In this document: one piece after another, positions 45,106 to 53,500 of the stretch
Numbering within the stretch: the first letter of the stretch is position 1
Layout: every line of letters starts with the position of its first letter
Assembly (NCBI GenBank): GCA_021818615.1
Contig: JAKATT010000136.1
Coordinates: forward strand, 37,981 to 101,980
Reading direction: 5' to 3'
DNA from: Actinomycetes bacterium
GTDB lineage: Bacteria > Actinomycetota > Acidimicrobiia > Acidimicrobiales > Bog-793
Length of the DNA: 64,000 nt
The notes under the pieces: generated by a model
Told to the model about the DNA's origin: nothing
The model's input: only the letters and a program-made list of their open reading frames with translations
Databases searched by the model: none
Program-made: the position numbers and the translations under genes

Positions 45106-46326
45106 GTGACCGGGCGCGTGCGGGTAGTCATCGTCGGAGGTTCCTTCGGCGGCCTCACCACCGCCTACGAGCTACGCCGCCAACTCTCACCCGAGCGGGC
45201 GGAGATCACCCTCGTCGCCAAGGAGGAGCGCTTCACCTTCGTCCCCTCGCTCACCTGGGTGGTGACGGGGTCGCGCACCCTCCCCCAGATCTCCTTCGGC
45301 CTCGCCAGGCCGCTCGCCGCCAAGCAGGTCCACTTCGCCCACGGGACCGTGACCGGCATCGACACCGAGGCCAAGGTGCTGACGACGACGAGCGGCGAGC
45401 ACCACTACGACTTCCTCGTCGTGGCCACCGGACACCGCAGCGCCAACGAGGCCGTCGAGGGCCTCGGGCCCTTCGACGGGCCGGGGCACTCGCCCATGTC
45501 CCCTCCCGAGGCCGAGGAGCTCGCCATAGCGGTTCGTGCTCTGCTCGCCGACCCCGGCCCGATCGTCGTCGGCGCAGCGCCCGGTGCGAGCTGCATCGGA
45601 CCGGCCTACGAGCTCGCCTTCGGGCTCGATCACCTGCTGCGCCGGCACAAGCTGCGCCACCTCGTGCCGATGAGCTTCGTCACCCCCGAGCCCTACCTGG
45701 GCCACATGGGCATGGGCGGCGCCGGCAAGATCCGCCAGCTCCTCGAAGGCGAGCTCGAGGAGCGCGACATCTCCTACCGAACCTCCGCGGCGGTGACCAA
45801 GATCACCGCCGACGCCGTGGATGTGGCGGGGGAGAGGTCGATCCCCTCGGTGCTCTCGATCGTCATCCCGCCACTCGCCGGGGTCGAGGCGGTCGCCACG
45901 AGCCCAGGGCTCGCCAACCCCAAGGGCTTCATCGCCGTCGACGCCCACTACCGTCACCGGAGTGCAGTGGGCGTCTACGCAGTCGGGGTGGCCGTTGCGC
46001 TTCCACCCGTCGGCGAGACCCCGGTGCCGGTCAACTTCCCGAAGACCGGCCACATGACCGAGCAGATGGCACAGATCGCCGCCTCCGACATCGCAACCCG
46101 GATAGCTGGAGCAAAGCCTCGCAGCTTCGAGCTGTCCGCCCGCTGCGTGCTCGACATGGGCAACAGCGGCGCCTACCTGGCGGTCGATCCCGTCCGCCCG
46201 CCGCGAGACAAGATCCCGACCGTGTCCGAGGGACCCCAGTGGCTGCTCGCCAAGCGGGTCTTCGAACAAGCCTACCTCTGGCACGCCAAGCACGGCCGGC
46301 GGATGCCGACCGCGATCGGGTGGTGA
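45106..46326 (+). CDS. Sulfide:quinone oxidoreductase-like FAD-dependent oxidoreductase
   Basis: VVIVGGSFGGLTTA (FAD); PGASCIGPAYELAF and ARCVLDMGNSGA (positions of the SQR redox cysteines); FPKTGHMTEQ. NDH-2 is less likely, as there is no second dinucleotide motif. Confidence 0.7.
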   Translation: MTGRVRVVIVGGSFGGLTTAYELRRQLSPERAEITLVAKEERFTFVPSLTWVVTGSRTLPQISFGLARPLAAKQVHFAHGTVTGIDTEAKVLTTTSGEHHYDFLVVATGHRSANEAVEGLGPFDGPGHSPMSPPEAEELAIAVRALLADPGPIVVGAAPGASCIGPAYELAFGLDHLLRRHKLRHLVPMSFVTPEPYLGHMGMGGAGKIRQLLEGELEERDISYRTSAAVTKITADAVDVAGERSIPSVLSIVIPPLAGVEAVATSPGLANPKGFIAVDAHYRHRSAVGVYAVGVAVALPPVGETPVPVNFPKTGHMTEQMAQIAASDIATRIAGAKPRSFELSARCVLDMGNSGAYLAVDPVRPPRDKIPTVSEGPQWLLAKRVFEQAYLWHAKHGRRMPTAIGW

Positions 46327-46329
46327 CAG

Positions 46330-46818
46330 GTGCGCCGACGCCGAGGGCCTGAGCCCCTCGTCCTCGGCGCGGTTCTCTCGGTGCTGTCAGGACAAGGGAC
46401 CTCGGTGCGGGTCCTGTGCTTCACCCACGCCGAAGCCTCGACGCTCGATGGAGCGAGCCGGCCCCTCGGTGCAGTCCGGGCCGAGGAGCTCCGAGCTGCG
46501 GCCGCTGTGCTCGGGGTCGACGAGGTCACCTTGCTGTCGTACCCAGATGGCGATCTCGGCGAGATCCTGAAGGGTGCAGTGCCGCTACGAGTTGCTCGCG
46601 CCGCTCCACGCCTGGGCGAGCGGGAGAAGCTCGTTCACGCGGCGGCGCGAAGGCGAGCGATCGAGCTGCTGCATCTGCCTCGCGGCGGCCAACCGTCGCC
46701 GGCACGCCGGGGACCGGTCGAGCGCGACACCGACGAGCACACGCTGGAGCGGTCCACCCGGGGCTGTGTGACTGTGGCTGCTGGAACGGCGAGGACTGCT
46801 GGATGCCATGTTCGCTGA
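46330..46818 (+). pseudogene. PIG-L/LmbE-family deacetylase-like fragment (degenerate)
   Basis: VRVLCFTHAEASTL..LGAVRAEELRAAAAVLGVDEVTLLSYPDGDL resembles the family core. The N-terminal HPDDE motif and the C-terminal half are not recognisable. Confidence 0.3.
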
Positions 46819-46998
46819 ATCCACCGGATGCACTCTCCTCGCTGTCGGTCGTCACGAGCGCCAACCGGCTGCGCCGGTCGCGCCTGGTCAGAACGCCTCC
46901 TTCGAGCAGACGTGCTGCACGAAGCCCTCGCCCCTCGATCGGGCGGCACGTCGCGACCGGCGCGACCCAAGCGGCGTGAAGTCACCGGAGGGCGAATC

Positions 46999-47418
46999 GT
47001 GCAAGTGAAAGGCGCTGCACCAAGCGCTGATCAAGAGTCGTCGCGCTCACCCGATGGGAGAGGCACCTCGCCGCTGGCCGCATCCCTCGCCGGCCTCGTG
47101 CTCAAGCCGTTCGCCGGGTGGGCGGCGCCCGCGGCGATCGCCGGCCGCACCCTGGCGATGTTCGAGGCCCTGGTGGACGAGGACATCGAGCGCGACCACG
47201 CCGTCGAGCTGGTGGGGGATGCCTGCTGGGAAGTCTACGCGCAGTGGGGCCAGATCCCAAAGCTCGCATCGTGGATACGCTCCGGTGACCGGGTGCTGGC
47301 ACGCCTGTGGGGCGGCCATCTCGAACGCCATGGTTCGCTTCCCGGAGGCGCACCGTGTTGTGACTTCCGGTTCAAGGCGGATGTGGAACCGCCCTCGCCG
47401 CCAGTGCGGAGTTCGTGA
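46999..47418 (+). CDS. Hypothetical protein ending in CCDFRF
   Basis: GGAGGG 6 nt before GTG 46999. GC3-rich frame from about 47060 (LAASLAGLVLKPFAGW..VELVGDACWEVYAQWG..GGAPCCDFRFK). Any family assignment would be a guess. Confidence 0.35.
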   Translation: MQVKGAAPSADQESSRSPDGRGTSPLAASLAGLVLKPFAGWAAPAAIAGRTLAMFEALVDEDIERDHAVELVGDACWEVYAQWGQIPKLASWIRSGDRVLARLWGGHLERHGSLPGGAPCCDFRFKADVEPPSPPVRSS

Positions 47419-47588
47419 TGCGGATCCAATGCGCCGCGTGCGGCTGCATCGTCGACGGCGGCATCCGAGTCGCCGTGTGCGGCGACCCTCGATCTTGCTG
47501 CTCGGCCCTGCCCGTAGTCGAGGACCTCCCTCGATCCTCCACCGCCGACGCATCCGAAGAGCAGGACCGCTCCGCGCACCACACCTGA
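47418..47588 (+). CDS. 56-aa Cys-rich micro-ORF (not in track)
   Basis: ATG overlaps the upstream TGA by 1 nt (TGATG). MRIQCAACGCIVDGGIRVAVCGDPRSCCSALPVVEDL... has six Cys in the first 28 residues. No homology evidence available. Confidence 0.3.
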   Translation: MRIQCAACGCIVDGGIRVAVCGDPRSCCSALPVVEDLPRSSTADASEEQDRSAHHT

Positions 47589-47653
47589 AGACGCCAGCAC
47601 CTACGAATCGGAGAAACCCTTGCGCAGCCGGGACCGTTCCGGGTGCCGCTTTC

Positions 47654-48979
47654 TCAGATCCGCGCCAGGGTCAGGGGCACCATGACCAGGCCGAAGCCGA
47701 CGACGCCGAGGCACAGAGCCGTGGCGGTGACACGACGGGCGCCGTGCATCCGGTGCTCCTCGGCGAGGGCCCGCCTCTCCAGCGCCAGCAGGAACCCCAG
47801 CACGATTGGCAGCAGGAGGGCGTTCATGACCATGACGTCCGTGACCAAGCCGACGAGGTCGACGCTCAGGAGCACCATGACTGCACCGGCGACGTGCGCT
47901 GCGCTGTATGCGATGTAGAACTTCGCCGTCTTGGCGCTGGGCTTCTCGTTGAGCGTGTGGGTCCAGCCCGAGACCTCTGCGAGCCCGAAGGCGCCCGCGA
48001 GGGAGGCGACCAAGGCGGCCACGAGAGCCGCACCGAGCATGGCGCCACCGAGGAGGATCCTCGCCCCGGCGACCCCGAGGAACGGCAGGAGCGCCGAGGA
48101 CATCTCTCCCACGGTCTCGAGGGAGGCGCCGGGATGATGCAAGCCGACCGTGGCAGCAAAGGTGACGACAGTGGCGATCATGACGAGCTGGGTCAGGACC
48201 GCCCCGGTGGCGGTGTCTCGTCGCGCGCTGCGGATATCTCGCGCCCCCAGCCCTTTGTCGATCACCGCACCCTGCTGGTAGAAGATCATCCACGGCATGA
48301 TCACGGCCCCGACGTTGGCGGCGAGCAGCTCCACGTACGAAGCGCGCTCGAGCGGCAGGTGACCCAAGCCTGCACCGAGGGACGGGAGGCTCGGGTGGGC
48401 GAGGATCATGGCCGGGATGAAGACCAGCTCCATCAGCCCGAGCACCACCCCGGCGCGCTCGGCCCGGCGATAGCTGCCAGTGAGGGCGATGCCGATGAGG
48501 AAGGCGGCGGCGAGCGGCACGGTGAGGACCCGGGAGACGCCGAAGAGCTCCCCGACGCCCGCCACGGCGGCGAGCTCGGTGAGGAGCGCTCCGACCGCCG
48601 ATGCGAAGAGCGTCGTCGCGGAGAGCCATGCCCAGCCCGGCCCGAAGCGCTCCCGGATCAGAGCGCCGTGGCCTTTGCCGGTGTGGATGCCGAGCCGGAC
48701 GGTCATCTCCTGGACGAAGTAGAGGACCGGGACGAGCACGAGCTGGGGTAGGAGCATTCGGTAGCCCCAGCGAGCTCCGGACTGAGCCGCCGTGATCAAG
48801 CTCCCGGCGTCCGTGTCGGCCAACATCACCAAGAGGCCCGGGCCCCACACGACCATGAGCCCTGCGAGCAGCAAGCGCCGTCTGCGGCGCGGCAACCCGG
48901 CGAGGGGACGGGGGAGTGTTTCGGTGGCTGCTGTCGGACCAACGACTCCGATACGGCCAGGCATGCGCCACCGCCCCAT
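47654..48979 (-). CDS. NRAMP-family metal transporter with non-canonical TM1 motif
   Basis: LLVMLADTDAGSLITAAQSGARWGY..YFVQEMTVRLG..AVIMPWMIFYQQ. Eleven or more hydrophobic segments. Begins 3 nt after the DUF3105 stop. Confidence 0.8.
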   Translation of the reverse strand: MGRWRMPGRIGVVGPTAATETLPRPLAGLPRRRRRLLLAGLMVVWGPGLLVMLADTDAGSLITAAQSGARWGYRMLLPQLVLVPVLYFVQEMTVRLGIHTGKGHGALIRERFGPGWAWLSATTLFASAVGALLTELAAVAGVGELFGVSRVLTVPLAAAFLIGIALTGSYRRAERAGVVLGLMELVFIPAMILAHPSLPSLGAGLGHLPLERASYVELLAANVGAVIMPWMIFYQQGAVIDKGLGARDIRSARRDTATGAVLTQLVMIATVVTFAATVGLHHPGASLETVGEMSSALLPFLGVAGARILLGGAMLGAALVAALVASLAGAFGLAEVSGWTHTLNEKPSAKTAKFYIAYSAAHVAGAVMVLLSVDLVGLVTDVMVMNALLLPIVLGFLLALERRALAEEHRMHGARRVTATALCLGVVGFGLVMVPLTLARI

Positions 48980-48982
48980 CCG

Positions 48983-49852
48983 CTACGGTTGAAGCGGGGT
49001 GCCGACGCCTCCTGCGCAAGGACCACCGAGCTCGGGCGTGTAGCGCTGGCTCGCCCGGAAGGTGTCGACGAACCGCTGCAGCCTTGGGTCGTTCGGCGAG
49101 TTGACCCGCAGCTGGAATCCCCACGAGGAGATGACGATTGGCGAGGCCAGACCGGGGAAGGGGCTCAGATCGACGTAGCGCGACCCGGAGTGGTCCACGA
49201 CGCTCTGTCGCGACTCGAAGGAACGCAACTCGGCTACTTCGGCGGGTGGAAGCGATGGTTGGTAGGTGATCCAGACGGCGCCGTGCTCGAGGTCATGGAC
49301 GGCACGCTCGTTCGGCACCGGGTTGTCGTAGACCCCGCAGTTCATCCACACCGCGTTGTGGTCGCCGCCGACCGGCGGGATGACGGCGTAGCTGACGGGA
49401 CCGGAGACGTGGGTGTGCCGAAGTGCGCGGACTGCGGGGCCATTGTGGCTGTCGGCCGGCCAGCCGGTGGTGTCATAGGCGACAACTCCCGGGATGCCCG
49501 AGGTGTTCGGCACTTCGAGCGCGGCCGGCTGCACGTCGGGAGTCCCGCCTCCAACTCCTGGCGGCATGGTCTCGTCGCCCGTCCGGGTCCCCGAACCGCC
49601 CGAGACAAGCAAGACCACGATCAGCACGAGCACGAGGATCGTGGCGACGGCGCCCCCACCCCACCAGGCGACGCGTCGGCGGCGCCTTCGCGCCTCCTCG
49701 GCGGCGCGCTGCCCGGCGAGCTCGGCCTGACGCCCGCGGCGGATCTGAGCCTTGGTCGGGCGGCGCGCAGTCGGCGGTGCCATGCGGCTGGAGCCCGGAC
49801 GGCGAGCGTGCGGCTCGCTGCGCTGCTTCGGAGTCGTCGCTTGTCGGCTCAT
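48983..49852 (-). CDS. DUF3105 domain membrane-anchored protein
   Basis: Basic N-terminus plus TM (GGAVATILVLVLIVVLLV), then YAVIPPVGGDHNAVW..AVHDLEHGAVWITYQP. An alternative duplicated start lies at 49882. Confidence 0.75.
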   Translation of the reverse strand: MSRQATTPKQRSEPHARRPGSSRMAPPTARRPTKAQIRRGRQAELAGQRAAEEARRRRRRVAWWGGGAVATILVLVLIVVLLVSGGSGTRTGDETMPPGVGGGTPDVQPAALEVPNTSGIPGVVAYDTTGWPADSHNGPAVRALRHTHVSGPVSYAVIPPVGGDHNAVWMNCGVYDNPVPNERAVHDLEHGAVWITYQPSLPPAEVAELRSFESRQSVVDHSGSRYVDLSPFPGLASPIVISSWGFQLRVNSPNDPRLQRFVDTFRASQRYTPELGGPCAGGVGTPLQP

Positions 49853-49896
49853 CTGTAACCTCTCAATCGCTTGTCGGCTCATCTGCGACCTCTCGC
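49837..49896. repeat. 30-bp tandem duplication (26/30 identical) spanning the TorD stop and the DUF3105 RBS/start
   Basis: TCGCTTGTCGGCTCATCTGTAACCTCTCAA / TCGCTTGTCGGCTCATCTGCGACCTCTCGC. Each copy carries GAGAGGT-N5-ATGAGCCGACAAGCG in gene sense. Confidence 0.85.
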
Positions 49897-50522
49897 GGGT
49901 TCTCCCTGCGGCGCAGGTCTGCCTCGACGAGCGACAGCGCGCAGGACACAAGGAGCCGCGGCATCTCGCCGGTGTGCTTTGCCTCCAGTGCCGCCGCCAG
50001 GCGCGGCAGCCACGCGACGAGATGGGCGAGCATCGCTTCGACCCGGCGGGCCCGTTCTGGACTGGCAGGACGACCGGAGGCCACCGCCACGAAGGCGAGC
50101 TCCACGCCGACATGGTCCGGCGCCTGGATGAGTGAGCCCCCCGGACCGCGCCGGCGCCGGTCCCACGAGAGCTCCTCTGCGTCGAGCAGCGCGAGGACAT
50201 CGAAGGTGGACCGACCCCAGAGCAGCCCGTCGTCGAGGTAGACGGAGGCATAGGACGGAACGTGCCGAGCGGGGACCGGCGGCCCGAAGCAGGCGATGTG
50301 GTCCGCCGCCGCCCGCGCCCGCTCGGTCGCGGTCGCGGCGGCGAGCTTCGTGATCGTGCTGATCCATACGTCGCGGTCCTCGCACACGCGGGCGGTGGCC
50401 TCGATGAGAGAGTCCAGCTCCGGCAGCGAGTCACGGCTCACGGCGGCGGGGCCGTCAAGAAAGGCGTGAGCCAACAGGTCATAGCTGGCGGTGAAGACGT
50501 CAATGGCCTGGGCAGTGAGCAT
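49863..50522 (-). CDS. TorD/DmsD/NarJ-family redox-enzyme maturation chaperone
   Basis: MLTAQAIDVFTASYDLLAHAFL..ACFGPPVP..SLIQAPDHVGVELAFV (E/QPxDH motif). GGAGAGGA upstream. Starts 3 nt after the catalytic gene stop. The upstream 291 codons of the ORF are rejected. Confidence 0.75.
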   Translation of the reverse strand: MLTAQAIDVFTASYDLLAHAFLDGPAAVSRDSLPELDSLIEATARVCEDRDVWISTITKLAAATATERARAAADHIACFGPPVPARHVPSYASVYLDDGLLWGRSTFDVLALLDAEELSWDRRRRGPGGSLIQAPDHVGVELAFVAVASGRPASPERARRVEAMLAHLVAWLPRLAAALEAKHTGEMPRLLVSCALSLVEADLRRRENPREVADEPTSD

Positions 50523-50524
50523 CG

Positions 50525-53500
50525 TCAAATCCTCTCCACGGCAACTCGCGTCTCGAAGTAGGCCTGGCCGCCGGTGACCGCGTCCATGCACCCGACCGTC
50601 CACCCGTCGGCACCGGCGAGGGAGGTGTCGAGCCGGATGACCGAGTTGAGCCGCACCGCAGTCCCCCGGGTGGCGTCGCCGCCGACCGCACTGCCGTCGA
50701 TCGTCGTGCTCGCAGCCCCGGATTGCCAGTGCCCGTAGCCGTGGGGGAAGGCGACGACGCCCGGTCGCACGCCGGGGAGCAGCCGCAGGCGGCCGACGGG
50801 TGCCCGCTCGCGGGGCAGCGTCGCGGAGTAGACACGCACGAGGTCTCCCGCTTCGAACCCGCGGCGGGCGGCGTCGCTCGGGCACATGTCGATGAACCCC
50901 TCCGGCATGAGCTCGGTGAGCCAGGGATCGACGATGCACTGGCTGTGGCTGAGGATCGTCGACTTGTGGGTGCTGAGCACGAAGGGGAAGCGCGAGGCGG
51001 GATCGAGCTGCTCGAAGCTCCTCCCTGCCAGGTCGGTCATCGGCGCGAAACGGGCGGTGCCGCAGAAGCGCTCGCCGCTGAGCGAGTTGCGGGTCGTCGC
51101 CACGTCGGGGTTGTAGAGCTGGCAGGGGAGCCCGCCCTGTCCGTAGCGGTAGGTCATCCACGCCGGGCCGGTGGCCGGGTTCGCTGGAAGCCTTACCGCC
51201 GACAGGAACGACGCCCGCACCTCGGCAGGGCTGATCTGGTTGGTGGCACGGGCGTAGTGCTCCAAGCCGGTGTCGAGCACGAGGTTCTGGACGATCCTGC
51301 CCAGGCGGGAACTGCTGCCCGTGCTCGGTAGGTACGCGACCTCGTAGTCCTCGAAGCGCCCGCCACGCGCCAGCACGTAGGCGACCTTCGGCCACTCGGA
51401 GCTTCTGATCGCGCGGCGGCGGGTGGCAATCAGCGGCGCGACTGCGGCAAGCTCGGCCCTGCTCGCGTTTGGGACGGGTCCCAGGTTGTGCAGAGCTCCG
51501 TCACGCCAGGCCTGGAACGTCGGGTCGTAGGCGACGTTGGCCACCATCTTCAGGTAGTAGTCCTCACGGGTGTCGAGGGAACCCCCCTCGGCGAAGGCGT
51601 GCTCGCCGAAGCCCGGCAGGCCGAGCGCTTTGGCGACGTCGATGAGGAACTGCTCCATGCACATCGGGTAGCCGCTGGCTGTGTGCCCGGTGAGGGGCTC
51701 GATCACGGGCTGGCGGACGCCCTGGGCCTTGGTCGGGACGACGGGCCAGACGCCCGGGAACTCCCACGACTCGAGGAAGGTCGTGTCCGGCACGACGTAG
51801 TCTGCGAAGACGGCAGTCTCCGACATCACGATGTCGGTGGCGATGAAAAGCGGCACCCTGTCGAGGTCGGTGATGAGCCGCTGGAAGGGGAGGGCGGGGT
51901 CGTCGCAGCCGCCGATCGCTGGCGCGCTCCAGGCCGGGTTGGCGGCATGTGACAGGACGATCTTCGCCCCGTACGGGTAGCCCTCGCGGATCCCGGCGAA
52001 CATCTCCGGCCACTGCCCGCCGCCGAAAGGGAACCAGGGCCGCCGCGCCGGGTAGGGATTGACGCCGGCCTTCACTTTGGCGGCGTACTCGCCGGAGGTC
52101 TCGTAAGCGACGCCGCTACGCGAGATCGGGACGCCGGCAGGGACGTTGGCGGGCTGGCCCGGCCAGGACCCGAGCGCGTACGGAGCCCCGGAGCTCCCTC
52201 CGGCGTAGTCCGCCGTCCCGCCGCCGACCACGTAACCGCCCATCCAATCGAGGCTGCCGACGAGGAAGTTGAGCGTCATGACAGCCCGGCAGGCGTAGAA
52301 GCCGTTCGTGTGCATGGCGGGACCGCGCCCGTAGTCGGCCACCGCCTGGCGGCCGTAGCTGGTGAACTCGGCCGCCAAAGTGGCGATCAGCTCCGGGGGG
52401 ACCCCCGCCTGGGTGGCGTACTGCTCGAGGCTGAGCGCGCGGGCCTCGCCGTAGAGGAGCTGGAACCCGGTAGCGCACCTGACGCCGTTAACCACGGTTG
52501 TGTTGGTGTCGAGCGCGCCGGCCGGCCAGAGCTCACCGGATCGTGCGCCGGTGGCGGGCACGGGCACCCTCGTCGAAGGGTCGATCACGACGCCCGCCTG
52601 CCCGGAGCCGGAGGCAAGCCCCATGGAGCTTCCACCGCCACCTCCCATCTTCTCTGGGGAGAGCCCCGCCTCGGCGGGCGTGAGGAACGATCCGTAGCGG
52701 GGATGCTGCGGGTCGGAGACGACGAGCCAGGTGGCATTGGTGAAGCTCGGCATGCCCGCCTTCGCCGCCGCCTCCTGGCTCGGGCACGACAGGTAGGCGG
52801 CGTCGTAGGCGGCCTGCTCGATGATCGAGCGGATCATCCCCATGGCGAGGGCGCCGTCGCCGCCCGGGCGGACGTAGACGCAGCGATCGGCGTACATCGA
52901 CGAGTTGTTCGCCCGGACGTCGACGACTACGAAACGTAGGGATCTGGAAGCAGACGCCTCGGCGACCTTGCGCCCGAGCGCCTGCATCGGGAACCCTCCC
53001 GTCGTAGGGTTCAGCCCGAAGAAGATCACGTACTGGGCGTTGGCGAGATCCGGCTTGAGCGGGTCCGTCATCCCGTCGAGCGAGAGCATCGTCGCCTTCA
53101 TGCGGGGGAGGTCGCAGACGGCGTCGGCCGCTTCGAGGTTGACCGTCCCGAACGAGGACGCGAAACGTGAGAGGAGATCCGTCTGGCCGTTCTCGGCCAT
53201 TCCGTAGAAGACGACGAGGCCGTTCGTCTCCGGGCCGAGACCTGGGTCGGCCGGGTCGATCGGCCGGTAGCGCCCGCGACCATGGTCGTAGAGACCGGCG
53301 AAGCCCTCGACCTGACGGCGCTCTTCCCCCGCCACCGCCGAGAAGAGCGTCCCGCCGGCGACGACCTCGTCGACGAGCTGCTCCCAAGAGACGGCCTCGA
53401 AACGCCCCGAGCCCCGCGGCCCGCTCCGCTTGAGGGGAAGGGTCAGCCGGTAGGGGTCGTAGACGGTCTGGCGGCCCGCTTGCCCCCGGTTGCAGAGCGA

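Noticed and set aside
45060-46352. 430-aa ORF in an alternative frame over the SQR-like gene
   Set aside because: Its composition is Arg/Pro/Gly junk. The 45106..46326 frame has the FAD-binding GxGxxG and SQR cysteine motifs.
47054-49124. Two very long ORFs (47054..48751 plus strand, 47601..49124 minus strand) overlapping the NRAMP gene
   Set aside because: Only the 47654..48979 frame gives a polytopic membrane protein with NRAMP motifs. The others are Arg/Glu/Asp-rich off-frame products.
50523-51395. Upstream 291 codons of the 510-aa ORF 49863..51395
   Set aside because: It overlaps the C-terminal part of the catalytic subunit in another frame and is Arg/Pro-rich nonsense. The TorD-like sequence starts at ATG 50522 with its own RBS.
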